From assembly GCF_009914755.1 (NCBI RefSeq), contig NC_060930.1: DNA of 64,000 nucleotides; one strand, 5' to 3'. This DNA is from the human T2T-CHM13v2.0 reference genome, Homo sapiens. Under the pieces are notes generated by a model, which saw nothing but the letters and a program-made list of their open reading frames with translations, was not told the origin of the DNA and made no database searches. The translations under genes and the position numbers were made by a program. This document shows, in pieces, positions 27,820 to 41,413 of the stretch. Numbering within the stretch: position 1 is the stretch's first letter; every line of letters starts with the position of its first letter.

Positions 27820-30350
27820 GTGCTCTTAGGATCTCTGATTCCAGGACTTGGCTCTTGGATGGCATTTCTGGACCTGCCCTGGGCCACCAGACAGGAGCCC
27901 ACTCCCTTGAAAAGTGAGTCACTGCCAGGTGGTAGTTGGGCAGTACTCCCTGTGGGCCTGAGGTATCAGTGGACACGAGGTGAGGCTCCTCTGCCTTTGG
28001 AAAGGGGAGGGAAGAGTAGGAAGGACTGTGTCTTGTGGTTTGGTTGCCAGCTCAGCCACAATGCAATAGAACACCAGGTGGACATCTAAGGTTTTTGACT
28101 GTAGTCTCTGGCTCCAGGATAGCACCTCTGGCCCCTCCAGGATCCTGGGGGAGCTTGCTGCCCTGAAGGGAAGGACATAGGTCTGCCTGGCTTTGCTACC
28201 TGCTGATTGTAGAGCCCTAGGACACTGAGCGAACAGAGGTGACAGCCAGGGTGTGGTTACAGTGGGCCTTGGGTGAAACCCAGTGCTATGCTGGCTTCAG
28301 GTTTGACCCAGCGAAGTCCTAGAGCTGGTGGCCATAGGAGTACTTGTGTCAGTCCATCCCCATCTCTAAGTGGCTCAGAGCAGAGAGAGAAAGAGATTCT
28401 ATTTGTTTGGGAGAAAGTACAGGAAGAAAACAAGAGTCTTTTTCTAGTAATCCAGAGAACTCTTGGATTTTGTCCAAGACCGTCAAGGTGGTACCTCTTA
28501 AGAGTCTGCAAGAAACACAGTCCTGCTGGGCTTGAGGTCCCCCCTAAAGCAGATACAGCTTAGATCACAACACCTAAGTCCTTTAGAATATCTGGAAGGC
28601 CTTTCCAAGAAGGATGGGTACAAACAAGCCCAGACTGCAAAGACTACAATAAATACCTAACTCTTCAATGCCCAGACACAGAGGGGTGTCTGCAAGTATC
28701 AGGATGATTGAGGAAAACATGATCTTACCAAATCAACTAAATAAGGCACCCGGGACAAATCCTGAAGAAATAGAGATATCAGACCTTTCAGACAGAGAAT
28801 TCAAAACATCTGTTTTGAGGAAACTCAAAGAAATTCAAGATAACACAGAAGGAATTCAGAATTCTATCAGATAAATTTGAAAGATTGAAATAACAAGAAT
28901 TAGGCAGAAATTCTGAAGTTGAAAAATGAAATTGGTGTACTGAAGAATGCATCAGTCTTTTAACGGCAGAATTGACCAAACAGAAGAAAGAATTAGTGAG
29001 CTTGAAGACATGCTGTTTGAAAATATGCAGTCAGGCAAAAGAAAAAGTAACAATGAAGCATGCCTACAGGATCTAGAGAATAGCTATAAGAGGACAAATC
29101 TAAGAGTTACTGGGCTTAAAGGGGAGGTAGAGATAGAGATAGGCATAGAAAGTTTATTCAAATGGCAGGAAACCTTACAAACCTAGAGAAAACTATCAAT
29201 ATCCAAGTACATGTGAGAGGTGAAGCCGGCTGGGCTTCTGGATCTGGTGGGGACTTGGAGAACTTTTCTGTCTAAAGGATTGTGAACACACCAATCAGCG
29301 CTCTGTGTCTAGCTAAAGGTTTGTAAATGCAGCAATCAGCACTCTGTAAAAACGCACCAATCAGCGCTCTGTGTCTAGCTAAAGGTTTGTAAATGCACCA
29401 ATCAGAACTCTGTAAAATGGACCAATCAGCAGGATGTGGGCGGGGCCAAATAAGGGAATAAAAGCTGGCCACCTGAGCCAGCAAGGGCAACCCTCTCGGG
29501 TCCCCTTCCACGCTGTGGAAGCTTTGTTCTTTTGCTCTTCACAATAAATCTTGCAGCTGCTCACTCTTTGGGTCCGCACTGCCTTTAAGAGCTGTAACAC
29601 TTACTGTGAATGTCTGCGGCTTCACTCCTGAAGTCAGCGAGACCACGAACCCACTGGGAGGAACAAACAACTCCGGACGCACCACCTTTAAGATCTACAT
29701 GTAACGCTCACTGCAAAGGTCTGCGGCTTCACTCCTGAAGTCATGCGAGACCACAAACCCACCAGAAGGAAGAAACTCCGAGTACATCTGAACACCTGAA
29801 GGAACAAACTCTGGACACACCATCTTTATGAACTGTAACACTCGCTGCGAGGGTCCGCAGCTTCATTCTTTAAGTCAGCGAGACCAAGAACCCACTGGAA
29901 GGAACCAATTCCGGACACATGTAGCCTATGGAACACCAAGTAGATTTAACCCAAAGAAGACTACTTAAAGGCATTTAATAATGAAGCTCCAAAGGTCAAG
30001 AAATGGAAAAATTCCTTGAAACAAATGATAATGGAAACACAACATACCCAAACCTGTGGGATATAGCGAAAGCAGTACTAGGAGGGAAGTTCATAGCTAT
30101 TAGTGCCTACATAGAAAAGAATAAAAACTTCAGATAAATAACAATGCATCTTAACTAAAAAAGCAAGAGCAAACCAAACCCAAAATTAGTAGAAGAAAAA
30201 GTAAAGATATGAGCAGAAATACATGAATTTGAGATGAGAAATAATACAAGAAATCAATGAAACAAACAGTTGGCTGTTTAAAAGTTAAACAAAAGAGACA
30301 AACCTTTAGCCAGACTAAGAAAAAAAAAAAGATCCAAATAAATAAAATTC
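27820..30350 (+). mobile_element. L1M/L1MA-like 5' portion (5'UTR, ORF1 remnant, ORF2 remnant), interrupted by LTR12
   Basis: ORF1-like peptides in ORF track (DLSDREFKTSVLRKLKEIQDNTE; RIDQTEERISELED); ORF2-like [34 protein letters not shown] from ~30003. Confidence 0.85.
29214..29917 (+). mobile_element. LTR12 (ERV9) solo LTR
   Basis: TGAGAGGTGAAGCC start, CCAATCAGC tandem repeats, GC box, AATAAA, U5 repeats, ends CCAATTCCGGACA; CATG duplicated at 29210-29213 and 29918-29921. Confidence 0.95.
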
Positions 30351-30807
30351 GTTTCTAGTTCTTCAGCTTCCATCCTGCTTCACCAGCAACAGTAATACCT
30401 TCTCTTTATGATAGTTTCCAGTCTGCTTCTGAATGTAGAAGCCTTCTTTCCTCCTTTTCTTTCTTTGACTTTCTGCTGTTTTTCCTCTCAATCTAGAATT
30501 TAAAGATGTTCTATTGATCTAGGTGTCAAGCCCTCTTAAGATCTCTCTATTGGATATAGTACTCTCTCATACAGCAACAGAGTAAGTAAATAATGCAAGG
30601 TACATTATAGATAAATAGCTGTGCGTTTTCCTGTACTATTCCCAACATCTCAATTATGAGTCTGTTATTTTACAAATCCTACTTTTCTGGAAGAATTGTC
30701 AACTGTTTTTGGCTTGGGCTAGTGTTCCATATATTATAATCCTTTCCATATTTTGTTCTGTTGTAATTCTATTTCTCCTTCTGTTTCATTCTTTTTTCCC
30801 CCCTCAG

Positions 30808-30913
30808 GTTTTCCTTGTCCTCCCTTCTCCTAACTCCTGCAAAATAAAACAAATCTTTGAGTGCAAATCTTTCCTCAAGACTTCTGGACTATTGCTGTCT
30901 TTTCAAAGATCAG
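30808..30913 (+). other. Candidate cassette exon (106 nt)
   Basis: Acceptor tttcattcttttttcccccctcag| and donor CAG|gtaata. Confidence 0.3.
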
Positions 30914-31499
30914 GTAATAAAGTAAAAGAGATATGAACTTTGATGTCCTGCTCTGATGCCTAGCTGTTACAGGTGCATTTACCTAGGTTCTGTATCACAT
31001 GACTACCCTACCATGCTACAGGACCAGAAGGGATGCTTGATTCATAAGGTAGCCAGTCTATAACTTCTGACCTGTGTGGCTCTTGGGGAAAATGTGAACT
31101 TCTGAGAGAGGCAGAGGGAGATTAAACTGGTGATGTGCAGGTGTATTGGGCTGGGCCATCTTTGGTTGTGCAGGTTGAAGAAGAAGAAGACCTTGGCAAA
31201 GAGAACAAAGCAGAACCACTCATAGTGTCAGTGACTGCACAGCCCCTTAGAGACAGCCAGCCATCTTTGATTTCTGACATTGATTCAATCCCTGCCTTTG
31301 GATCCCAATGAGACGTATGTATTCTTGTATGCAGTTTATCTTCACTTGAGCCTAGTTAAGTAGACTACTCTCTTATATACCGCAGAGCAAAGCCAAAATA
31401 CCCATATTCAAAGAACACCAACTGGTCTATCATGCATTCCGGCATCCCTTCTTCCATCATTTCTCAGTAACTTTAGTTTTCTTTTATTACTTTATGTGG

Positions 31500-31712
31500 T
31501 TTTCAGGACTCTATGGCTTAGTGATTAAGGGCTTAAGTTCATATCATTTACTGTGGAACTTAAGCAAGTTGTACATCCTCTCTGAGCCGTAGTTTTCTCA
31601 TCTGGGGAATGAGGGTAGTAATAGGACTTAGAGCCCTGTGAGGATTTAGTGAGATACTGGGTGGACAGCATACAGTAGCAGGCATGTAGTAAGTGCCCAG
31701 TGAATATTAGCT
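31500..31712 (+). mobile_element. MIR
   Basis: aagcaagttgtacatcctctctgagccgtagttttctcatctg...ggcatgtagtaagtgcccagtgaatattagc. Confidence 0.75.
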
Positions 31713-32498
31713 TATTGTGTGTAAATGTAGGATATGAAAATTAGTGTGTTGCTTTTTAAACTATCTGTGGTAAAAGACCAGTTCTTTTCTTCCCTCAACC
31801 TATGACAATTCAGTATTTTTGTAAAGTACAATAAAAATAACTTGATTTTTAAAAGCACCAATTGTAAAGACATAAAATATGTCCTGATTTTTATTATTAT
31901 ATTCAGCAAACTTATTCTGTCAAGTTATTATAAAATTTTCTAAATTCTACCCTTAATTTCTCTACTTACTTTGTTTAGACCAGTAACTACTTATTGACCA
32001 GTTACTGGTCTATTTTTTTAGACCAGTAACAATTTCCAGACCGGCACTGATCTGTGGACTGTGAGTAGCACTGTCCTGGTGTATACAGACACAGTCTCAT
32101 GGATGTCAGAATATATATGCGCACACATGTAATTGGGGAAAATACCCCAACCATTTCTATAAGGTTAATAGCGAGTAGCCGGGAGTTCATATATCCATTT
32201 CTTGACCCGGACAGTATACAAGGGACATCTGAGACCTCTGGAATTCCTTCCTTATATGATTGTTATTCCACTGCTTCCCAGGTGAGGGTTGTCATTCTTT
32301 TTTTTTTTCCTTTGAGTTGTGCTGTTCTTCCCTTCTTGTCCTTCACTTCATGAGGAAACTATACTCCCTGAAGGCCAGGTAAATATATGTTGTCTTAGAC
32401 AAATCAGCTGTGCTAAGTAGTTGAGAATAGGATACTGAATACTGCTGCCTTATGGACTGAAGTGAAGCAATCACTGGCAGTGTGGCCAGAAGAATAAC

Positions 32499-32788
32499 TT
32501 TTTAAATTTGAGACAGGATCTCTGTAACACGGGCTGGAGTGCAATGGCATGATCATGGCTCACTTCAGCCTCGGCCTCCCTGGGTTCAGGTAACCTTCCC
32601 ACCTCAGCCTCCTGAGTAGCTGGGACTATAGGCATGTGCTACCATGCCTGGTTAATGTTTATATTTTTTGTAGAGATGGGGTTTTGCCATGTTACCCAGG
32701 CTGGTCTTGAACTCCTGGGCTCAAGGAATCCTCCTGCCTTGACCTCCCTAAGTGCTGGGATTGCAGGTATGAGCCACATTTCCTGGCC
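32499..32788 (-). mobile_element. Alu (AluJ)
   Basis: TSD cagaagaataacttt both sides. Confidence 0.9.
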
Positions 32789-33104
32789 CAGAAGAATAAC
32801 TTTAATGATCCTTTACACAACCGCAAACCAGACTGCATGGTTTGTAGACAAAGGGGGAATGAATCATAGAAGAGGTTGGCATTTGCATTTTCCTTCTATG
32901 CAAAGACAGTGACAGACCATGATACAGAATTGCAAACAGCAGGTTCTAGAAATAGTAACTGTGATTGATGACTAAAAGTCTATACAAATGCTAGAATGTG
33001 ACCAGGGTTGGGTATTCTCTTCCAAGTATTTTAGGGAAAACTAAGCATTACAGTACCAGATTTTATTTTCAGAGAAATTAGAATTTTCAGTTAAAAAGCA
33101 CATA

Positions 33105-33280
33105 CAAAGTGCCAGGCATTGTGCTAAGGTGCCTTATATCTCTCACTTAATTCTCACCACAGGTTGATCCTCATTATTCACTGAGCAGACAACGCTTAGA
33201 GAGATTAAGCAACTTGTCCGAGGCCTTGCGGTTCATAAGTGACTGAACCTGATTTTGAACCTAGGTTTGCCAGACTTACA
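33105..33280 (-). mobile_element. MIR
   Basis: gtgccaggcattgtgctaag...agagagattaagcaacttgtccgagg. Confidence 0.7.
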
Positions 33281-33354
33281 GTTGAATTTTCTGGATTTTC
33301 TCATAAGTGGATTTTCTGGATTTACCTTAAAAAAAAAAATCACCATAACTTTGC

Positions 33355-34520
33355 TGGAACCATTTGAGAAGAAGTTGCCAGCTTGATGCTCTATCACTCC
33401 CAAATACTTTAGTGTTTATTTTCTACAAGAACACTTTTCTTTGTAACTAAAACAAAATGTCCAAAACCAGGAAATTTGTATTAATAGATTGTTACCATCT
33501 AATCCTCAGGTTTAATAATATCTTTTATAGCACACGTCCCCATAATGCCCCTTTATTTCCTTCTGGAACAGTTCCCTAGTCTTTTCATGATTTTCATGAA
33601 CTTGGCACTTTTGGAGATGACAAACCAGTTATAAGTTGTATTTTCCTTGATTTGATTTTATCTGTTATTTCCTCATGTGATGCAAGCTATGTACCTTTGC
33701 AGGAATATCATGTAAATTATGTTGTTCTCATTGTACTCTGTTGTTACAGGGCATACATTTTCAGTTTGACTGATGACTAATGATGACCTCTCTAACTGCT
33801 TCATTAGGGTGATATCTGCTGGGCTTTAGTACTGTAAAGTTACTCTTCTTGTTTTTGTAATTAATAAATGTTTTGTGGGAAAGTATTTTAAAACTAGGTA
33901 AGTATCCATCTTTGTGACACTGTTTACTCATTTAATTTGTATCTACTTATACTCATGGTTTCCTATTTTATTCAGTGGATTATGATCTTCTGTACTGTTA
34001 TTGGTTTTGATGCTCAAATTGTCCTAGATTTGGCCTGTAAGAGCCTCTTCAGGCATTCTATGTCTATTTTGAGTAGTTTCAGTAGTTTCTTGCTTTCTGG
34101 CACAAAAAAGATATTCTAAGCTCACCTTGTACTTTCTGCATCCCAGCCCTAGATAATCAGTCATTTCTCCAAGGAGCCTTGGTTCTTTTTAAGGGAAAGA
34201 AGTATTTAGAAGCCAGGATCTGGGTAACCAGTGTGCTCATTACCATTGGGGTGTTGCTACTTCCAGATCCTCTCAGTGGATACTTTTACATTTACCTATA
34301 TTTTCTATGTTTATTTCTATGTTTAAATATATTGAAAATTGTGAATTAATACTGATAACTCCAGTTCCAACTCAATACCTCAGGATTCATTCTAGTTTTC
34401 TCACTTTCTTTTATAGTGTTCTCTTACAGCAAGAAACTTGGTTTCCATTATCCTTGATACACATGCTAAATGATTGGTCTTCTCTTGTATGTTGCCAACC
34501 TCCCATCTTTGACACTATTT
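33355..34520 (-). mobile_element. L1MC-like 3' region
   Basis: ggttttgatgctcaaattgtcctagatttggcc; cagtcatttctccaaggagccttggttc; tatttagaagccaggatctggg. Confidence 0.75.
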
Positions 34521-35454
34521 TCTCCCCTTCATGGATGTCCTGTTTTTCCTTTTTAAGTGTTGACTCCACATTCCAGACACTTCCCCTTTTTTGATGTAGT
34601 CACCCTTTTCTCTCCATGTGGGCTCTCAAGTAAATTTACTTGATGATTTTATTTTACTAACATAATCCTCTTGTTTTGGTGTTTTTGCTGCCATACGTAA
34701 ATTGTAACATTAAAGGTTCCCTAAAACAATTGCCCTGCTGGTAGGAGAGCACCAACTAGAATATCTAAATGGGAGTAATTGAACATTAGAACTGAAAAAT
34801 AACATTTCCTGGGATCATCCTGGGTCAATAATTTGTATTCTGCAAGTGATCACAGGACTAGAATTGGTTTTTTGACAAGAAATTGGGATTTAATGGGCTA
34901 TCTCTAGAAGTCTCATTAGAGATTTAAAAGAAAAACAAGTTTTACTATTCTGTAGAGGATGTAGAATGAGATACGTTCCTGGGGAGGCAAGAGGGCTAAG
35001 AATGGATGGGGGAAAAAAAGCGTTTTTATTGAAATTATTAATTGGGTGAGGCCTAACCATTGATAGGATATTATGCATTTAGTAAGCCAAACAAGATAGA
35101 GAGGTGGGTTAGCGAATACTAGATGCAGACCCCTCCTTGGAAGGGTGAAAAACCAGACCACCTGACAGAGGATCAGTAGGAAGCCTGAAGCTGGGTGTTA
35201 ATATGGGGGTGTGGTATTGGTAATATTTGGTGTGTGCTGCTCCATGGGGAAAATAAGCAGTAAGGATGGCTAGCAGTTACTACGAGAGAGGCTTTAAATC
35301 TTTTCAGAGTGAGAACTGGGACAGGGAGTGACCAGGGTTGGCACACTCATTCCCAAGACCACATACTTTCTCATGTTTTCTCATCAGGCCAAGCTGATCA
35401 AATTTATTCAAACCCTTCCCCCTTCCCCCTTCCGCCTTCCCGCTTCCCTTTCTC

Positions 35455-35560
35455 TGTGTTGCTGGGGCTGGTGTTAAACTCCTGGTCTCAATTAAGTGAT
35501 CCTTTCACCTCAGCCTCCCTGGTTGCTGGGATTACTGGCGCAAGCCACCATGCCCAGTTG
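35455..35560 (-). mobile_element. Alu monomer (FLAM-like) fragment
   Basis: ctgtgttgctggggctggtgttaaactcctgg...gccaccatgcccag. Confidence 0.75.
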
Positions 35561-35662
35561 ACCCTGTGTTTTTGAAACACCCGAGTGTGTCCAGTAATCT
35601 GCGAACATTATGAAGTCCTACCCCTAAAATTCTTAAAGATATATTTCAGTGCAGTTAAACTG

Positions 35663-35966
35663 CAGTCATGTGTCACTTAACAATGAGGATATGTTCTGAG
35701 TGAACTTCCTAGAGTGAACTTCCACAAACCTAGTTGGTGTAGCCTACTACACACCTAGGCTATATGGTATAGGCTATTGCTCCTAGTCTACAAACCTGTG
35801 CAGCATGTGACTGTACTGAATACTACAGGCATTTGAAACACAGTGTTAAGTGTTTGTGTGTCTAAACATAGAAAAGGTATAGTAAAAGTACAGCATTAAA
35901 ATTTTATGGTATCACTGTCGCATATGTGGTCCATCATTTACAGGAATGTTATGTGGCACATGACTG
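35663..35966. mobile_element. Tigger3a-like MITE
   Basis: TIRs cagtcatgtgtcac / gtggcacatgactg; acacctaggctatatggtataggctattgctcc. Confidence 0.85.
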
Positions 35967-36022
35967 TTTATGCTATTTGGAGTATTTTTAAGCAAGAGAA
36001 AGGTATATAGGGGAATCAAATA

Positions 36023-36387
36023 CAGATGCTTCTTGATTTAAAATTAGGTTACATCCTGGTAAATCCATTGTAAGTTGAAAATGCCGTAAGTCAAAAAGGT
36101 GGTTAATACCCTTAAGCTGCCAAACATTATAGCTTAGGCTACAACCTACCTTATACATGCTTAGAGCACTGACAGCCTATAGTCGGGCAAAAATCATGTA
36201 ACAGAAAGCCTATTTTATAATAATGTGCTGAATATCTCATATTTTATTAAATAGTGTACCAAAGTGAAAAACAAAATGGCTGGATGAGTACTCAAAGTAT
36301 GGTTTCTACTGAATGTGTATTGCTTTTGTACCATGGTAAAGTTGAAAAAGTATGTAACTCAAACCATTGAACATCAGGGAATGTCTG
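36023..36387. mobile_element. MER47A-like (Tigger family)
   Basis: ta|cagatgcttcttgattt...aggttacatcctggtaaatccattgtaagttgaaaat...gaatgtctg|ta. Confidence 0.85.
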
Positions 36388-36645
36388 TATACAATAGTGG
36401 TCAGAGTAGTGAGTTACTCAGAAGAACTAAAATATTGTGTGTGAGGGGAGGGGACTTGCTTCAGTAGTTATTGAAATTTGCTTTAATTTTTTTTTCTCTG
36501 TTCCCCTGTACTAGATTTGAGTATTTGGGAGATACTTACTCCCTAAAAATCTGAGGGAAACTGCTTCTTTGATGGGAACCTTGCTTAGTAGATTCTTGCT
36601 CAATGTTTATTTTTAGGAAACAATCAAATCCCCTTGTGGTTATTA

Positions 36646-36937
<292 letters not shown>

Positions 36938-37344
36938 TCATACCCAGAAGAAAAACATGTATAGGTCAGGGATCAAAAATGTGTCAGATTTTTCATAACA
37001 AGAAAATGTGAATAGTTGGTAAGTCCGTAAATGGTATATGGCAGATCCTTGAATTATGCTTGCAGTTTTTGAAAGTTTGAAATTAAGTAAAAATTAAAAG
37101 TCACAAAAGATTTTGCATGTCAAGATTCTAGCCTTTTTCTTCTGGTGTACTGAGAGGCCAGAGGAGCCCATTCTAGGGACTAAGTATTGACAGAATTTGG
37201 TTCTGTGGCAAGAATTACCTGGTGTCCTAGCACTAAGGACCAGTAGGTCAGAGCCCTTGACTTAGATTTCAGGACAAGAAACAGAAAGATTGGAATAGGA
37301 TTGGAATGGAGTCTCCCCGTGATTTTAAAAAACACTTAGTATGG

Positions 37345-37671
<327 letters not shown>

Positions 37672-38421
37672 CTAAGTATGCATTGGTCTAGGACTACCAT
37701 TTATGAATATCCTTAGTCTTTCTGTGATGATCCTTGTTGAAAATTTAGATTGATGATGTAGTTTGTGATGTTGATACAAGTGTATTTGTTCACAGAGATT
37801 TGAGCATATTCCTTTCAACATCAGGAATAACTTTTAGTTTTTGTTTGATTGTAATTTTTTAGTCTCCATTCTCTGTAATGTGCTTTACGTTGAACAAAGT
37901 GCTTTTGTAGTTCTTGTTATTTTGAACCCATAATCTGAGACCTTTTTTTCTAAGCCGTCTCGTGCCCCAGCCCTTACTTACTGAGCCCTCTTATTGTATA
38001 TACTGAACGCATTTTTAAATTGAAGAGATACTATTCTGTGTATCTTTGCAGGCGAATGAGTCCTAGGTTGGCCAGTGTCTCACTAGTTGAGATTAAATTT
38101 TTGCTTATACTTGTTGATTTGACTGCCTTCTGAATAGTATTAGGAACACATTGTAAATTTGTTGTTGATGGCTGGCTGAAGTTTTCCAGCACATTTCTTG
38201 AGGTTGCCAAGTTCTTCTACAATGACTGAATCTACTCTTCATTCATTCTAGTCAGCAGTCTCACACTTAATTCCAAGGTTTACTTAAGATTTTTTTCTGA
38301 AAAAGCAATGCTTGCTTTCCATATTTGCATATTTTTTCTCTGCCTTAATAGCAGAAACAATGGCTTCATCTTGCATTTGTATCAGATTCTTTCCATTGAT
38401 ATATCTTGTCCTTATTAGCTA

Positions 38422-38729
<308 letters not shown>

Positions 38730-40171
38730 TCTTTGCTTTCAAAAAGGTTTTTGGTTGCATAGGAGGGAAAGAAAAAAAATGGAATATCGAAATTAGTTGT
38801 GTATGCTGAGTTTTTCTACCACTTCCTTCCTTTGGGTTAAACAGCCTCTCTCCTATTTATTTTAACTTGTTTGCAATTTATTAGGCTTGGTAGGACCCAG
38901 CTGTTATACCTCACTCAGCACATTACCCATTTTGCTTTTTTAAAGTGACTGAGGCAGCAGCTGTTCTCCAGCTGCACACAGAAGGCCCACATAAAGCTGG
39001 GTTTAGCACATAAGCCCCACTCTAAGAGCATTAATTCACCAACCCAGTCTTTCTATTTTGTCAGCCACTCAAAGTTTATACTTGCCTCTGTGAGGCTTCA
39101 GAAATAATGGATAAATCTTCTGTTAATGAAAATACACCTCCAGATATATTCACACTAAGTGTGGTGTTAGAATAACAGATATGGCTCCTCAGTAGTTTTT
39201 GGACTCTTGTAGGTATATGGAATTGTGAGACTGTTCATTTTGAGGATCTGTAAAGAGTTAGGACTTACCAGGTATGATTTGAAACACTCAAGATTGTCTC
39301 TTGGAGTCTCACACAACAGCTATTATTTTATTTGAATGAGATTATTAGCAGATTGATAGTTGGACCAGGTGCTATACTTTATGCCCTCTCTTCCCTTTGT
39401 AAGGTTTTCAGGCCTATTAATTTTTTTTTTTTTTTTACACCATTGGGGTAAGATTTTATTTTGGCTGAAGGTACTTAAAATGGGTGGGTGAGTGATAGAT
39501 AATATTTGTCTTCACTATTGGCTGTAAACTGGGATTAGAGTAGATTTATTTATTTATTAAGCAGTCAACTAGAAACAAGTGCTGTGAAGTCAATAATATA
39601 TGGCTTTAGTGAAGATTCCACTTAACTGAAAGTAGACCTGAATTATTCATGCAATTTGCCAACATTTATATCCATTAATAAAGTGGTAGTTTATTTTGAA
39701 AAAAACTTTGCACTTACTGAGTTTTTGTTGGCATTTCCCTCCCTCGAGTTCATTTGTCAAAGTCATCATGAATATACTGTTAGTATATTCATGGCTTTTG
39801 ATTGTTTCACTGCTTTTTCTTAGTTTCTGAGTTGCTGATTTGGTAAAACTGTCATGATTTTCTTTGTCAGTTTTCAAATGTTGCAAAGGGGGCAGAACAA
39901 CTTTGAGTCCCATAGATGATTGATGGTGCTTTGCAAGTAGTTAAATACACCCAAGGTAAAGGAAATTTTATGGGATTAAAAAAATTCTATGCTCCATTCT
40001 AGGTTGATAGTATTTGAAGCAAATTTCATTTCATTGGTGGGTGGCCTCAGTACCTAAACTTTAAAAAGCATGGATTCATAAAACTGTTACAACACCACTT
40101 ATGAAAGTTTCTGAAGAACTAAAGAGTTGTTAAAAAGCTACTGTCTTTCTCTAAACTTGGTTACTGTGGAG

Positions 40172-40369
40172 TAGCACTGTCTGATGCAACTTTTTGTAAT
40201 GATAGAAATGTTCTCTATCTGTGCTATCCAACATGGTAGCTACATGTGGTTATTGAACACTTCAGGTGTGGCTAGTGTGACTTAGGAACTGCATTTTCCA
40301 TTTTATTTAATTGTAGTTAATTTAAATAGCCACATGTGTCTATTGCTTTCTGTATTAGATAGCACAGCT
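40172..40369. mobile_element. MER3
   Basis: aatgatagaaatgttctctatctgtgctatccaacatggtagc...tttaaatagccacatgtg. Confidence 0.82.
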
Positions 40370-40848
40370 CTGAAGCATTACACTGAGTACTTAAGCTAAG
40401 CTAGTGTTTCTGAGAGAAAGTGATCCTTTGTGATTTTCCTGAAGCTGAAGAAGGCCTGTGTATGGCCTGGAGTCAGAAATTGTTGTGACTTTTCTTGATT
40501 TTTTCATGAAATAATTTAAGGACTGTCTTTTCTTTCAAATCTGGGAAAATTCTGAAATGTTCTTTCTCATCTACTTAGAAAGCATTTACTATCACCTTTG
40601 ACGAGCAATACAGTGGCCAGTATATTGTGTTGTAGGTTTGATTAGTTCTCTATCTCAGAGAGACAGCTTTAGTGACCGAGAGTTTATTGCCTATCTGCAG
40701 GAAAATAATAAAGTTTTCCTGTACTCAAAATTGCCAGACTTGGAAGTAGAAATAGCAGCTTTTGCCTTTCTACAACAAATAATTATTCTTTTGGCTAATT
40801 CCCATACCTGCCACCTTTACCTTCATTATTTTCTCTGAAAAAGAAATC

Positions 40849-41087
40849 TGGGCTCATTGCAACCTCTGCCTCTCCCCTAGGTTCAAGCGATTCTCATGTC
40901 TCAGCCTGCCGAGTAGCTGGGATTGCAGGCGCCTGCCATGACACCTGGCTAATTTTTGTATTTTTTAGTAGAGACGGAGTTTGACCATGTTGGCCCAGCT
41001 GGTCTCGAACTTCTGACCTCAAGTGATCTGCCCTCCTCGGCCTCCCCAGACTGCTGGGATTACAGGCGTGAGCTACCGTGCCTGGCC
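40849..41087 (-). mobile_element. Alu (AluS), 3' end missing
   Basis: Starts at ggctcattgcaacctc, ends accgtgcctggcc. Confidence 0.88.
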
Positions 41088-41123
41088 TGAAATCATGCAT
41101 TATATACTCTCTCTCTCTCTCTC

Positions 41124-41413
41124 TTTTTTTTTTTTTTTTTTGGAGACAGGGTCTAGCTGTGTTGTTCAGGCTGGAGGGCAGTAGCGTGATCACACCTCAC
41201 TGCAGCCTCAACTTTCTAGATTCAGGCAATCCTCCCACCTCAGCCTCCTGAGTACCTGGAGCTACAGGCGTGCGCTCCAACACCTGGATAATTTTTGTAG
41301 AGATAGGGTCTTGCTGTGCTGCCCAGGCTGGTCTCAAACTCATGGGCTCAAGCGATTGTCCCACCTTGGTCTCCCAAAGTGCTGGAATTATAGGTGTGAG
41401 CCACCATGACCAA
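41124..41413 (-). mobile_element. Alu (AluJ) with (CT)n-T tail
   Basis: ggagacagggtct...cactgcagcctcaac. Confidence 0.9.

Noticed and set aside
28668-29186. Coiled-coil ORFs resembling L1 ORF1p (domesticated gene?)
   Set aside because: Broken by frameshifts, stops and an LTR12 insertion
29280-29900. Regularly spaced repeats superficially like a CRISPR array
   Set aside because: Standard LTR12 U3 and U5 tandem repeats without unique spacers; eukaryotic DNA
31000-31380. Possible ancient ERVL-type LTR
   Set aside because: Resemblance too weak to assign without an HMM search
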